Shown here: piece after piece, positions 41,093 through 53,845 of the stretch
Layout of the letters: each line of letters begins with the position of its first letter
Numbering within the stretch: position 1 is the stretch's first letter
Source of the DNA: Aplysia californica
Taxonomy: Eukaryota
Length of the DNA stretch: 64,000 bases
Assembly (NCBI RefSeq): GCF_000002075.1
Contig: NW_004797297.1
Coordinates: 1,847,323-1,911,322, forward strand
Reading direction: 5' to 3'
Notes under the pieces: model-generated
Database searches by the model: none
The model's input: the letters and a program-made list of their open reading frames with translations, nothing else
Told to the model about the DNA's origin: nothing
Position numbers and translations under genes: made by a program

Positions 41093-42520
41093 CAGAGGAA
41101 CTCGGACTCAACGAAACCAGTTGGATTCCCCATTTTTAGAAATCAATAAAAATCAATAAAAATAACTCTGATTCAACGGACACATTAATGAGCAGGTTCA
41201 GTTTCAACGAAGTCATTTACAGGGTGAACAGCCTGCGATGACATGGCTTCGCTCATTTTCCCCCCAACGAACCTTATCGGCTCCTGGAAACCATCCACGG
41301 CACCTGATTCTTTAACAATTATTCACTAAGCCTCTTATGCAACCTATCAGCAGCCTTCTTTCATTCTGACACACGCGTTATAAGTAAGCACACATAGCAT
41401 GTGTCGGGGTTGTTCAGGTGGCCAGCACACGTGTGACATGTGACTGTGTGTGTGTGTGTCTGGGGGAATTGAGTACAAGTGGTCCGGGTGTGGAATGTCA
41501 GTAGAGATACAAATGCGTCACAGTTATTTTTTCCACTCTGGGTACTGATCAATATTAAAAGAATAAGCTAGTGTCTTGATATATAGATCTATGTAATGAA
41601 TTGCGTGCTGAACTGTACTGTGGAATCAAACGTTGCTGTGTCACACCTTGTCCACAGTGTTGGGGTCACTACAGTCGGAACATGTCCATCTCTGCTCTCC
41701 CCCCTCCTCAGGATCCATCCCAGAGTCTGTCTGCTTATATTCTCCATCATAATCTGGTTGGAGATCCGTCAGACTGGTCCGCACAGATGGCTGTGTTTCC
41801 CTTCTCCTCTTTGGATCCCCTCCTCCTTCAATCTACCTAGGGTGTGGGAACCGTTATCTGGCCTATTCTTCCTCAAATTTTCCCTTACAGCGGTTAGGAC
41901 GGTTGGTGGGTCCAGTGTCAAATTCCCTCCCACTTTTGCTTCTCCAGCCAGCTTATCTGCTCTCATGCTGCTGGTTACCCCTGCGTGGCCGGGGCAGAAG
42001 ATCCAGGCCACTCTTTCCAGGCTGCTCTCCCTGATCGTAGCCTTCCAGTCCGCATATAGCATCCCTTTCTGTACCTTCTGTAGTGTGCTCATAGAGTCAG
42101 TAATGATTACTGCTCGCTGATGGCTAGTTTTCCTGATCCAGTGTGGAACCTCACTTATGACTTTTACCTCCATACACAGCAACATAACTAGTTCAGCAAA
42201 CAATATCATCTTTGCAGATGATAGATGACACAGACGTGCATTTGAATGAATCAGCCTTTTAACACAATGTGTGCTTGGTAGAGTTTCGTGTATTTTCCAG
42301 GAATTTTCTAGTATTTCTTTGGCAAAACATCAAAGAAGCGAAAATGACTCTCATTTGAAACCAAACTACTTTTGATTGAGGAAGTCAAATATGTTTCACA
42401 TTACTTGCTCTGTGCCTGTAATTATCTATACAAAAACCTCATGTTTAATACAATGAACACTTTGATTCAACATTATTGAAGGTCAGGCCTGATGACTTCA
42501 TTGAATCCGAGGTTCCTCTG
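41093..42520. mobile_element. pogo/Tigger-like MITE (same family as 6567-7350) carrying a nested LINE fragment
   Basis: CAGAGGAACTCGGACTCAA ... TTGAATCCGAGGTTCCTCTG|TA. Confidence 0.7.
41625..42190 (-). mobile_element. Degenerate non-LTR retrotransposon 3' fragment encoding RNase H
   Basis: Translation AVIITDSMSTLQKV...VAWIFCPGHAGVTSSMRADKLAGEA carries the RNase HI TDS and WxPGHxG..ADxLA motifs. The NE of GNE is lost, there is an in-frame stop at 41769 and there is no RT domain. Confidence 0.88.
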
Positions 42521-43010
42521 TACATGTACAGTCCAATCTGCTCGAACAATCACATGTCAAAGACAATCACCTGTACAAATGACCACTTCCCAATCCCCCG
42601 TTGCGTTTTTACAATAACTTTGTCCAAGAGGACCACAGGTTTTAAATTTAAATGACAAATTTTCTCCTCGACAATGGGTGGTTGTCAAGGACAAGTTCGA
42701 CTGTGTGCATCATACAAAACATTGAGACAAACCATTTGTCACGGTTAAGTCTTTGGCAGAAGGTTCCTGATCCATTGTGGAATTACTTGGGACAGTCCTA
42801 TTATGAAATGAGACTTCTGAAAGTGGCCATCAGCTTGTTCTGAAAAAAAAAAAAAGAAAGCAACAGACCATAAGGTCATGATAAGAAACAGCTGAGAACT
42901 GACACAAATAAAAACAAAGGCAAAGTTGCCAAACCAATATTTATGTTAGCCTATATCACTGCTGCACATTCAGAATTCAGTTTGACATTTGTTGTACATA
43001 AAGACCAGAG

Positions 43011-43047
<37 letters not shown>

Positions 43048-45937
43048 TCATCATGCAACGCAGGGAGAAGAAAAAGGAGATGACAAAGGAAAAATAATAG
43101 AAATAACTAGATCTCAACAGAAAAATAATTAATAATACATGTACAACCAGCAAAACGGACAAAAATAATAATGAAATTACTATTAAATCAGTATACCACA
43201 ACAATTGCGAACAGAGAAAAATAAACATAGTGAGAATCTAGAAATAGTGGTAGTCCTACATTTGAAAATCGAGTTCTTAGGTGAATCAGATTGTAAGACG
43301 GATTTCAAGGCCCGCCATTAGACTTCTACTGAATGACTTCTTGGACCACACTTGCTTATTTTTGGTTGAAATATGAGCTGTGGGTGATCGTGATACTGAT
43401 GCCTGCCAGAAAACAGAGAAGGGGGTGGGTATCTTTCAACTTCATAACAGGAACGGATGTTTGAACCAACCACAAACTACTTAGAGGGATTTGTTGACTT
43501 CAGCAGAGCTCACATTTGTGCACAGTTGTTTTATTGTTTGATGCATGCTGCATATAGTATGCAGAATTTGTTGTCTTCTAGTCCACACCAGTCCCACTTC
43601 CTCTACCCAAAAATACAATCAACATTATATCTGTCTCCCTCTTCTTCATAATACTGCCGCAAGCTGACAAAACCATTTTTTTCATTAACATTATTTGGGA
43701 GCCCATTTTTTTAATTTGCTAAATCGAAAGCCTAAACAGTTACCCTCTTCTGTGAAAAATCAAAGTGAAACGGTGACTAGCTTTTAAATAAATTAGACTT
43801 CAAATTTCGGAAGAACACATTTTTTATAATGGTTACGTTGACAAAAAACTTCTCTCGAAACTTCTGTGAATAAAAAAAGGTGTTTAGTCAGCTTATGGCA
43901 GTATGGGGGGACTGAAGCACTAAAAGTGAGCAGTGATGTCAGAAACAAAAAGTAGAGGGAGGGTGTGAGCCAGTTATAGGCATATGTTTCCACATTGCCT
44001 GATACACTTTTTCCCTTTTTCACAAATCTCAAATAGGCATGCGCTAAAATGTGGTGTCGATGAAAATACGTCAAATTTTATATTTTTAGGCGTATTTGTA
44101 AATCACCTAATATTTCTGGGGCTCATATTAGGCTAACATAATCATGATTTTTTAAAAACGGGTCAGAACTGTCTAGTCTGAACCTTATTCTGCAGTGACT
44201 TTCATTGATTAATGGAATGGACACGCAAATACCCGAGAAGATTAAACAGTGCGATATATCTTTTTCCCGCTTTAACCGCGGACAGTATTATTGTACTCAT
44301 GAACCCGTCTCATGCTCAGATATTCCGAAGCACTGGTCTTGTTCATTTTTATCTGCTTTACGCTAATTTTGACTTTATACCCACTACACATTATTAGTTT
44401 TTGAGTGTGGATGTTTTTATACGAACCATATTACAATAGGCCCAATTGCGTAATAGTATTTCACTTGTTTTTAACAACACGGGGGTGATCTAAAAAAATC
44501 CGGGGTGTTTTAGGGGGAGGAAGGCACATGTATTTCACTATAATTTGATGTTTTGTAATCAGGTTTGATATTTTCTTGAAAACAATTGATTTGCAAAGGA
44601 TTTTTAAAAAGTGTGTTCTGCAGCAAAAAAAAAAAAAATACAGCAGTTTAGGCCCTAAAACAGTGTATCTGTCTGCAGGTCCAAAAGTAAAAATTTACCC
44701 CACGGACACACGAAATGGAAAAAGCCATGGTAAGAGTCAAAAGTCCGGGTGGGCCTCTGACATGAATTTTACGCATGCATTGCTATGAATGATCTATAAA
44801 TGATATGATCTCAGAGCAGATCTACCTCCCCCATTGGGAGAACCTGTTTTTGTTCAACAATTTTCAATTTCGTCGTACGGTACTTATTTTCATCCCATGT
44901 TGATTTGATTACATTTATAGGTTACCGCAAGCAATATTGCCTCTCTGATTCCAAAATGGTTTGACGATACGCTGAGGAGAAAATTTTGTATGTATAATCA
45001 CATCAACAAGGAGGTGGAAGTAAGATTTCATGCTGGATGAAAATTTGTTTTTAAAGTTTGCAGAATAAATGTCTCCAAAAAAGGAAGGACTTCCGAATGA
45101 GGGACCATCCCAACAAACATAATAAAGAAGAGACCTCCTGACCATAACCTTAACTCTAACCCTACCCCTAATGTTCCTTACCCAAACCCTAGCTTAAACC
45201 CTCACTGTAAAACCCTCTATTCTATACTCTGTTCCATAGTGATCACTCGTTACGGGATTCCTCCTCTGATAAAACAGTTTCGATAAAAATATTTGTCATA
45301 GGCATTACACAGGTTTCCGTTAAGGCATGTTCGATGGTATATCATTTAGATCTCTAGAAATGTCATTTTTGTTAAAAATGATTAAAGTTTAGAAGGAGAA
45401 AATAAAACTTTTCTACCCTACCCCAAATCACTTCGTAAGGTTGAACAGAAAATTCCCCTGCAGAGCCAGAAGCCAGGGGCAAGTAACTCTGGATTTTTAA
45501 TGTAACTGATGTAAACAAACAACTGCTGTCAATGGTATGACTAGTTCTGGTAGTACGAGAGTGACCAACATTATCAGTAACGGCCAAAGATACTTTTTTT
45601 ATTTGAATACTGAAGATATAAGTAAGAAAGTTGAAACTAAAATGAAACTTTCGAAGGATATTGAAAAATGTGGTGGGCTTTGGACCCCCTACAATGTGAT
45701 AATGTGATAAAAAGAGTGAATTTGTATCAACACAAGAAGGAAAAGGTTGATTGAAGAAAGCTCAGGTCAAGTAGGCTCTACTAGAAAATCTTGATCGATG
45801 GGGGGGGTGGTGTCGGTCCAGGTCAAAAGGCGTTTACCCAGACTCTGGCGCATTACGCAGTAGTCGGCGTGGGCAGAATTAATAAGAAATTGAAAAATCT
45901 TGATGATAAGTTCACCTAGCAACAAGGCAAGGTGAAA

Positions 45938-46612
45938 TAGTTAGTATTAAGTTCCTCAGAAGGAGGATATGACTGTTGCTGCTAGTTAGTATTAAGTTCC
46001 TCAGAAGGAGGATATGACTGTTGCTGCTAGTAAGTATTAAGCTCCTCAGAAGGAGGATATGACTGTTGCTGCTAGTTAGTATTAAGTTCCTCAGAAGGAG
46101 GATATGACTGTTGCTGCTAGTTAGTATTAAGTTCCTCAGAAGGAGGATATGACTGTTGCTGCTAGTTAGTATTAAGTTCCTCAGAAGGAGGATATGACTG
46201 TTGCTGCTAGTCAGTATTAAGTTCCTCAGAAGGAGGATATGACTGTTGCTGCTAGTTAGTATTAAGTTCCTCAGAAGGAGGATATGACTGTTGCTGCTAG
46301 TTAGTATTAAGTTCCTCAGAAGGAGGATATGACTGTCGCTGCTAGTTAGTATTAAGTTCCTCAGAAGGAGGATATGACTGTCGCTGCTAGTTAGTATTAA
46401 GTTCCTCAGAAGGAGGATATGACTGTTGCTGCTAGTTAGTATTAAGTTCCTCAGAAGGAGGATATGACTGTTGCTGCTAGTTAGTATTAAGTTCCTCAGA
46501 AGGAGGATATGACTGTTGCTGCTAGTTAGTATTAAGTTCCTCAGAAGGAGGATATGACTGTTGCTGCTAGTTAGTATTAAGTTCCTCAGAAGGAGGATAT
46601 GACTGTTGCTGC
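45938..46612. repeat. Minisatellite, 15 x 45 bp (TAGTTAGTATTAAGTTCCTCAGAAGGAGGATATGACTGTTGCTGC)
   Basis: Units counted every 45 bp from 45938 to 46568. Only about 5 substitutions in the whole array. Confidence 0.98.
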
Positions 46613-47251
46613 TGCCAAGTCCAAGGGCTCAAAAGCCCATGTTACTTTGAACTTTAGTAGTGAAATGAAAAAAAAAGGATTCTTGTTGTTGACCGAGAAT
46701 ATTATTGCTGGTCTGGTAATTGGTATTATGGCATGGTATCGTAGGAAGTTTACTTTTGTACTTTATCTACCTTTCGCAGCCTTTGTTACCTTTTATACTT
46801 ATTGTGTCGATGGGAGAGGTAAACATCTTTCTCTTGATTGTTATGTATGGTGTATAACGTATATATTGGTTTTGTTTGTTGTTTCAGTAGAGGTTTTATG
46901 GAGCTCGCAACTGCACAAGGTCATATGAGCGCCAAGGGTGGATGTCAACAGAGAAGTCCTTTCAGGGAATCAGACACTTTGCTCCCCTCTCTAGCTTCAA
47001 CAGCACAAAGGCGGCCATATTTGGTCACATGACTTTGCATATTATGTAACATCTTGTTTATCATGTAGGCCATTACATAACCTTTCTAGAAAGGTTTGAT
47101 TGTCATATGTGTTGCAGGCAACGTTTTCTTTGAATTAAGGAAAACTGTTGCTATAGCTAAGTCGTCTTTCTCATGCCTCATTTGGCACAATATGGTGTCA
47201 TCCTCTTGTCTTTATATATATATATATATATATATGTATATAATATATATA

Positions 47252-48197
47252 CAGTAGTCTCCACCTAAGATCCCACCGCTTACGATCCCGGTTCGCTTAA
47301 GATCCCGCTGTTTTATGAAAACAGAATTTTTACTATACAAAAGTCACCCCTAAGATCCCGCTCTGATTCACTCTGAAGGTCTACATTCGGCTAAGATCCT
47401 GCATTTCAGATCATAATTTGTGGAACAAAAACCCGGGCGGGCACAGCCGATCAAACAAGAGTGAAAAGTTGAGATCAATAAACTGTCCGTCGCGTCAAAG
47501 ATCAGCCACTATCGTGAATGTGATCACATATACGTTGTAAAACTGGATGAAGCGGTACAATGTTTGCCCCCAACGGGATCACGCCGGGGTGTGAACTGAC
47601 CGACACGTTTGTTTTCCCCACGCATCGCACTCACACCTGAGCTCTCCCCCTAAACTTACATCACTCGCTGGGTGGATAGGGCCTACATGTTTGTTCCAGG
47701 CGGGATCACATCGAACCGTGAACTTTTCCCTGACCATTGCAGTAGGCGTTGATTGCAGCAATTGTCTCTGCGCCCGAATTTGCTAGACAGACTGAATTTT
47801 AATTGGTGTGTTCATGACGTAATGGTGTGTAACGACATAGGCGTTTGGGGAGGATGGGGGGAACTCAGTCAGAGATGGAAAGCTATAAATTTTCTACAGG
47901 TAAAGGGGAGGGGCAACTGAATAAGCGTAGATCTTGAGACTCATGATAGGATAATAAGTGAAAATGGCATTGTGATGGGCCATCAAGTTTAACCACTTTT
48001 TGTTCGCCATATGTCATAAACCCACCAAGGGGTCACGTCAGTTCATTTTAGGGTGGAGGGAGACCATTTTGCCGATTGTAAGCCTTAACATGGGTCCCCA
48101 AAGATTCTTCCCTGGGATCGTCGGTTAAGATCCCGGTTCGCCTAAGATCCCGCATTTCCTTGCTCCCGAGCACCGGGATCTTAGGCGGAGACTACTG
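47252..48197. mobile_element. Intact pogo/Tigger-like MITE inserted in a (TA)n tract
   Basis: TA|CAGTAGTCTCCACCTAAGATCCC ... GGGATCTTAGGCGGAGACTACTG|TA, a 23-bp TIR with one mismatch. Multiple TAAGATCCCG subterminal repeats. Confidence 0.92.
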
Positions 48198-49848
48198 TAT
48201 ATATATATAATATATATATAATACAGTAAACTTGCATAACTTTTGAACCGCTTAATCCAATCTTCATGCTGGGTTGTTTGTTTTTTTCTCAGCTCTTTTA
48301 GCTCTTCCTAGTGACATTATCTTGGTCTAATTAATGGTTTTCAAATTATTTTTTTTAAACCCCCAAATGTCAAAACAAATACATGGGTAGCCACCACTCG
48401 CGGAAGCGATGCTTCTGTCACTGATATTGACATCCATTGTTACTTTGTTGCAGATTAGGTAAACAGTGACCATTCATCTCACTTGCGATTTGTGTATGAG
48501 TTGTGGGAGGGGCTTACGGGTTATGAGGGATCTCATGTTTACCTAACCAGCAGCTGAAAATTTGTTACCTATTGCTCAACAGTGGGAGGGACCAATGCAA
48601 CATGGTCGGTTGGAGGGACTACCTAATAACAATGACAGGGGATGGGGTTATGACAGCTCGCCTACAATGCCAGGGGCCAATGCATACATAATTTACGACA
48701 ATGCCTAATTGAGTCACTAAAGTGGCAGTCAAAGGCAGATAATAATTATTGTTGGGTGTGATAGGGGTTTTGTGTATAAAATATGGTGGGTGCAGCGGAC
48801 AGAGGGCCGTTTTTTTACATAGTGAAATTATAAAGCAAAAACACAAGGGGGGAAATGGAAAGTGACCGTTGTTTGTACAGGTGACAGTCGTTATACAGGT
48901 GACAGTCATGGCAGGTTAGACTGTATCTAGTTGATGACTTAACAATTTACAGTTTATTTTATGCTACTCATGGACCCATCCGAAGCTCAGATATTCTAAA
49001 GCATTTTTTCTTGTTCATTTTTATCTGCTTTACACTAATATATTGACTTTAGCAGCATATTACTACTAGCTTATATGACATTATGGAATTCTTTAACGAA
49101 CCATATTACAACTGGACCAATGTTGTAGTAATATTTGACTTGTTTTTAACAAGGCTGCGATATTAGTGATATTTGGACCACGGGGTGCCAATAATCTGGT
49201 CATTATTCAGACCTTCAGGAACAGGTATTAATACGGGCTTCATTTGTTTATTCTCACACGGGGTGGAGAGGCATAAAACTTATTGGCGAGTTGGTTTTAG
49301 TGTTTTTGAAAAACACAGTGACTACATTCACCGTGCCGTGAACGTAGCTAGATTAGATCTAGACTTAGTTTGAAGGCTAAATTCACGATTCACGGCGCCC
49401 TGAATGTAGTTTGCAGGCCATGATTTGCCATGTAAAGGGGGTCAAATTTGTGTTCAGCAGAAAAAACAAACTAAAAAAAAAAGTACACACATAGAACCTG
49501 GACGTAACTCCTGTTCTGCGTCTGTGCCGAGATGTGAGTCAAATCAATGAGCTTCTCATGTCTAAGCGGGTCAATTTGTTTTTCATTGGGCGAACATCTA
49601 GACTGAGCTACCAACTTGGTGTGTCTTGTGATGAACCAACGCAGTCGGTTCTACAAGACCTAGGCCACAAACGCACATAAACTCAAGCAGACACATGAAA
49701 CTACAAGCAGACTGACGCACACACACACGTTCATTACAGCGATGATGCTTCACGCGTGTGCACTGAGCTAGGAGGGCCGGACTGATACAGGCTTCAACCG
49801 CCCCGGCTATGACAGCTGGGGGCTAAATAAGGAATGGGGTCCGAATAA

Positions 49849-50476
49849 TAGTGGTGGGCGGTACCGGCGAAATCCAGTCTCCAGGTGCCGAGAACCGCCA
49901 GTACCGGTACTGGGAGTGACACCAGTAGGTGACGTCACAGACTTCGCGTCGATTAGCGTCGCCCGCACCCCACCCCCACACACACACACCAGTCAGAATT
50001 GAAGAGGCGAACTGTGACGCAAAATACCTTTGAAGTTTGCCGCCACGTGGGATTAAACTTTGCAAGCAGAGTTTTTAAAATAGTTATCGCCGTTAAAAAT
50101 TGATTTCATTTTCGGAATCAGCGTATCAAAATAAGCAAAGTGGCTCTTGTGGAACCTGATTTGAAGCCATATTATAAATTTAAGCAAACTTCGTTTTTCA
50201 TTGTCAATTTTGAATCTGAAGTACTGTATCAAGGTCACCCACTGCGTTGTGTGCATCTGACGTCCCAGCTGCTAGGCTTAGGCCTACACACTGCACACTT
50301 CCCGTGGCCTGGTAAGAAAAAAAACAACCGTCGCGTCGGCTCCTTCTCAGAGCCGGTATAACCATTGGTGTCGGCTCCTTCCGAGAGCCGGTACTGGAGG
50401 CCAGGTGTCGGTACTGACACCTCCTTCGGTAGAACCGGGAGTTCCGGTACTAGGTACCGGTACCTGCCCATCCCTA
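49849..50476. mobile_element. hAT-superfamily MITE
   Basis: 8-bp TSD CCGAATAA at 49841-49848 and 50477-50484. Termini TAGTGGTGGGCGGTACCGG and CCGGTACCTGCCCATCCCTA. Many GTACCGG subterminal motifs. Confidence 0.88.
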
Positions 50477-50786
50477 CCGAATAAGGACCAGATTATTGGC
50501 ACCTCCGCGGTCCGAATAATGACATCGTCTTTTTAACAACGACAACGTCATGGGGAGGGCATGCCCCCCCCGAACCAAAAAGAATCAGGAGGCTTTCAGG
50601 GGGGCTCCCCCCCCCCCCCCCCTCCTGCATTTCACTGACTATGATTTGTTGATGTTTTGGCAATTAGTATTAGGATTGATATTTTAATATTTTTACTTGA
50701 AAACAATTGACATTGAATTTCAATTGATTTGCAAGGGCCATGATGAGATCTAGTCTAGAATCTAGAGTCTAGATCTAGATCTACAT

Positions 50787-53224
50787 GAGCTTTTGCCAAA
50801 AGGTGGGGGTGTTTGCATGAGGACTTTTTTAATCAACCACTACTCATGGTAAAATATGTTTTCTTCTGAAAACTTTATGCATATGGCAAGGAAATAAGTT
50901 GGTCAAGCTGCATGAGCAAGTGGATTGATGTGTGCATCTTATATCTCTACATAGAAAGATAATAGTACTAAAAATAGGTCATTTTTTACTCATCCTGAGT
51001 GCACACGTAATTGTATGTTAAATACAGAATATTGTTAATCTTAAACTATCAAACAGTAGTGCATTCAAACATTGAAAATAGTTTGTATACACCATCATAA
51101 CAGCGTGTGTCCATTAAAAGGATTTTATTTTTTTATATTAATGATGTTATTGCTGAGTAAAATTTATAAGTTCGTTCATTACTCGTGTCATAATTACATC
51201 ATCAGACTTTCCAAGGTCTAGAAAACCCAAATCGTTAAACATATCATCCCGAGAAATGACCGGTATTAAATATTGGTTTGACATTGATCCATCAGAAGGG
51301 TAATTTTCCCCTCCATCGCATGGTTTTGCTTAAATATGACTTTGATTGAGATAATCCAGGTTTGTCATAATGATGTTATGAACAAACACTTTATGATATT
51401 TCTGCAAAATATCATGTGAGGGACTTCCCACTGTTTCACAACATCCTTTTACATGGTGGAATGAACATGGAAGAGTATCGTGCTGATGACTCAAAAGAGA
51501 AGCGAAGGAGAGGCAAAAATATGCTTGTCATAATGGATTGTCATCATGTTATGAACGTGACAGTGTGTCATAATGGTTATGAACGAAACCTTATTCCATG
51601 TAATTTACAGTTGTTTTGGGATGTATTTTTAATTTTAACCCAACTTGAGGATGTATCAGACCTTGCTTATATTCTGATATTTTGATTTTTATGATAAGTG
51701 TATGGGTCTGGATTTTAATTAGTATTTTACTTTTGTAGTAATGGTTATGAACGAACTACATATTGTACTCTGAGGGCTTTACAGAGTTGATAAACATTAA
51801 AAACATGTACACAGATACACATATTATGAGGAAACTTTCATTTAATATGAAATTTTAAAGTAAATGACAGGTCAAAATATTAATTTTTAGGTCAAAACTG
51901 AAGTTTGTCATAATAGTTATGAACGAACAATTAAAGGTATTCTAAGGGTTTTTCAGTGATTAAACTTTGAATTCTTCCAACATATAACCTTATTTTGAGG
52001 AGAGTCTCATAAATTAAAACAATTTTATGTGAATGACAGAACAATAAGTTAATTTTTTGGGCCCAAAGTAAAATTTGTCATAATAGTTATGAACGAAACA
52101 GTGTGTCATAACGGTTATGAACGAAACCTAATTCCATGTAATTTACAGTTGTTTTGGGATGTATTTTTAATTTTAACCCAACTAAAGGACAGAATGGACT
52201 TTGCATACATTCTGATATTTTGATTTTATCATAAGTGTATGGGTGTGGATTTTAATTAGTATTATACTTTTGTAGTAATGGTTATGAACGAACTATTTAT
52301 AGTCCATTTTATATATTTTGAGGGCTTTTCAGTGTTTACAAACTTTAAAAACATGTACAGAGATACATATTATGAGGAGAGTTTCATTTAATAAAAGTTT
52401 TAAAAAATGAATGACAGATCAAAATGAGTAAATTTTTAGGTCAAAATTGAAGTTTGTCATAATTGTTATGAACGAACCATTTTAAAGGTATTCTAAGGGT
52501 TTTTCAGGAAATATAAACTTTGAATTCTCCCTACATAGAGGAATCTATCATTTTAAGGAAAGCCTCATAAATGAAAACTGTTTTATGTGAAAGACAGAAC
52601 AATATAAGTAAATTTTAGGGGCCAAAAGTAAAATTTGTCATATAGTTATGAACGAAACAGTGTGTCATAATGGTTATGAACGAACTTTAAATTTATGCAT
52701 AATATGCCTTAAGACCAGTCTGCGTTTAAAAATAGCTGTTTAATGGTCTTTCATTTATCACTTGACTATAATTAGTCAATTGAGTGTTATTTTAGACAAT
52801 TCTAGTCGATGAAACTTGATATAATTGATAGTATTTTGGTCACTTATTGTTCGTTCATAACTATTATGACACAAAAAAGTAATTTTATAAAAAATTAATA
52901 AAGATTTTTATAAATTGTCAATTCTATGTAGTTTTGGAAGTTATTTGCTATGTCTCAAAATATAACATCAGCCTAGCTGAAGAAAGGAACTTTGAGTATT
53001 CATAAATTTGTGTCATCATTGTTATGAACGAACTTTTTGCAATTTCTGTCATTCAAGTAAGTCAGAATTACACCAAGACCCTTGCATATACAGCTTTGGC
53101 AGTTACTGAGTCTGAAAGAGCAATCATTAGACTATATAATATGGGTGATTAAAGAATTATTACATAAAGTTGATTTTGGACCTCATTTGTCACACCCAGG
53201 TATCCCACCTTTTGGCAAATGCTC
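50787..53224. mobile_element. Sola-like non-autonomous DNA transposon containing an internal repeat array
   Basis: 21-bp TIR GAGCTTTTGCCAAAAGGTGGG / CCCACCTTTTGGCAAATGCTC with one mismatch. 4-bp TSD ACAT on both sides. GAG termini with a 4-bp TSD fit the Sola superfamily. No transposase ORF. Confidence 0.8.
51363..53035 (+). repeat. Array of ~23-bp motif TGTCATAATRGTTATGAACGAAC with ~170-bp period and ~540-560-bp higher-order unit
   Basis: Motif starts at ~51363, 51539, 51566, 51734, 51906, 52076, 52104, 52271, 52455, 52636, 52663 and 53011. Inverted copies at ~51170 (partial) and ~52849-52871. Confidence 0.9.
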
Positions 53225-53761
53225 ACATGAATTTAAACATGTATTCATGTAATGTAGATCTAGATCTAGATATCTAGATCTACAACAAAATATGGAGTAA
53301 TAAATGCGTCAACTGTGGCTACAGAATTGCGTCACCTCTACCGTACCTTTTCTTGATCGAAAAACGATACGACTGAAGATTAGATCTAGAGTATAGATCT
53401 ATATCTAGGTCTAGAAAGTAGATCTACTGAGTGTAGTCTGTCTGTAGAAACCGAAAGAAAAACTTGAAAACACGAAGTGCAGTAGTTAGTAAATAAGGAA
53501 GCGGAACTAGATCTCAAATGAATTTCCAAAACATGGATTTTTGAAACTTGTAAACAACGACACACAATGTGTACCTTCTGGACTCGGTAGGCTATGTAAA
53601 AAATAGATATAAGTTGATACTTCAAGGAAACAAAAATTATAATGTCATATCAAGCACTTTTAATACTGCAAGGACAACACGATAAATTATAATTTGTAAA
53701 GATGTGTTTACTTGTGTGTGAGTACATTAATGCGTGTGTCTATATTATAGGCTATTATGGG

Positions 53762-53782
53762 TCTGTGTGGGAGTGTGTGTGG

Positions 53783-53845
<63 letters not shown>

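Noticed and set aside
41596-42120. 174-aa plus-strand ORF
   Set aside because: It is the antisense shadow of the RNase H LINE fragment.
42787-43402. Extra POP4 coding exons at ~42787-42839 and ~43260-43402
   Set aside because: Splice-like signals are present, but phases or stops are incompatible with the downstream POP4 frame. At most these are UTR or non-productive exons.
45938-46612. CRISPR array, Shine-Dalgarno AGGAGG-ATG signal, or repeat protein on the minus strand (SNSHILLLRNLILTS)n
   Set aside because: There are no spacers. The genome is eukaryotic and AGGAGG is only 2 nt from the ATG. The open minus frame has no ATG, and one open frame in a 45-bp unit is expected by chance.
51363-53035. 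CRISPR array
   Set aside because: Spacers are ~150 bp and homologous to each other as a higher-order repeat. There are no cas genes, the context is eukaryotic, and the array lies inside a TIR element.
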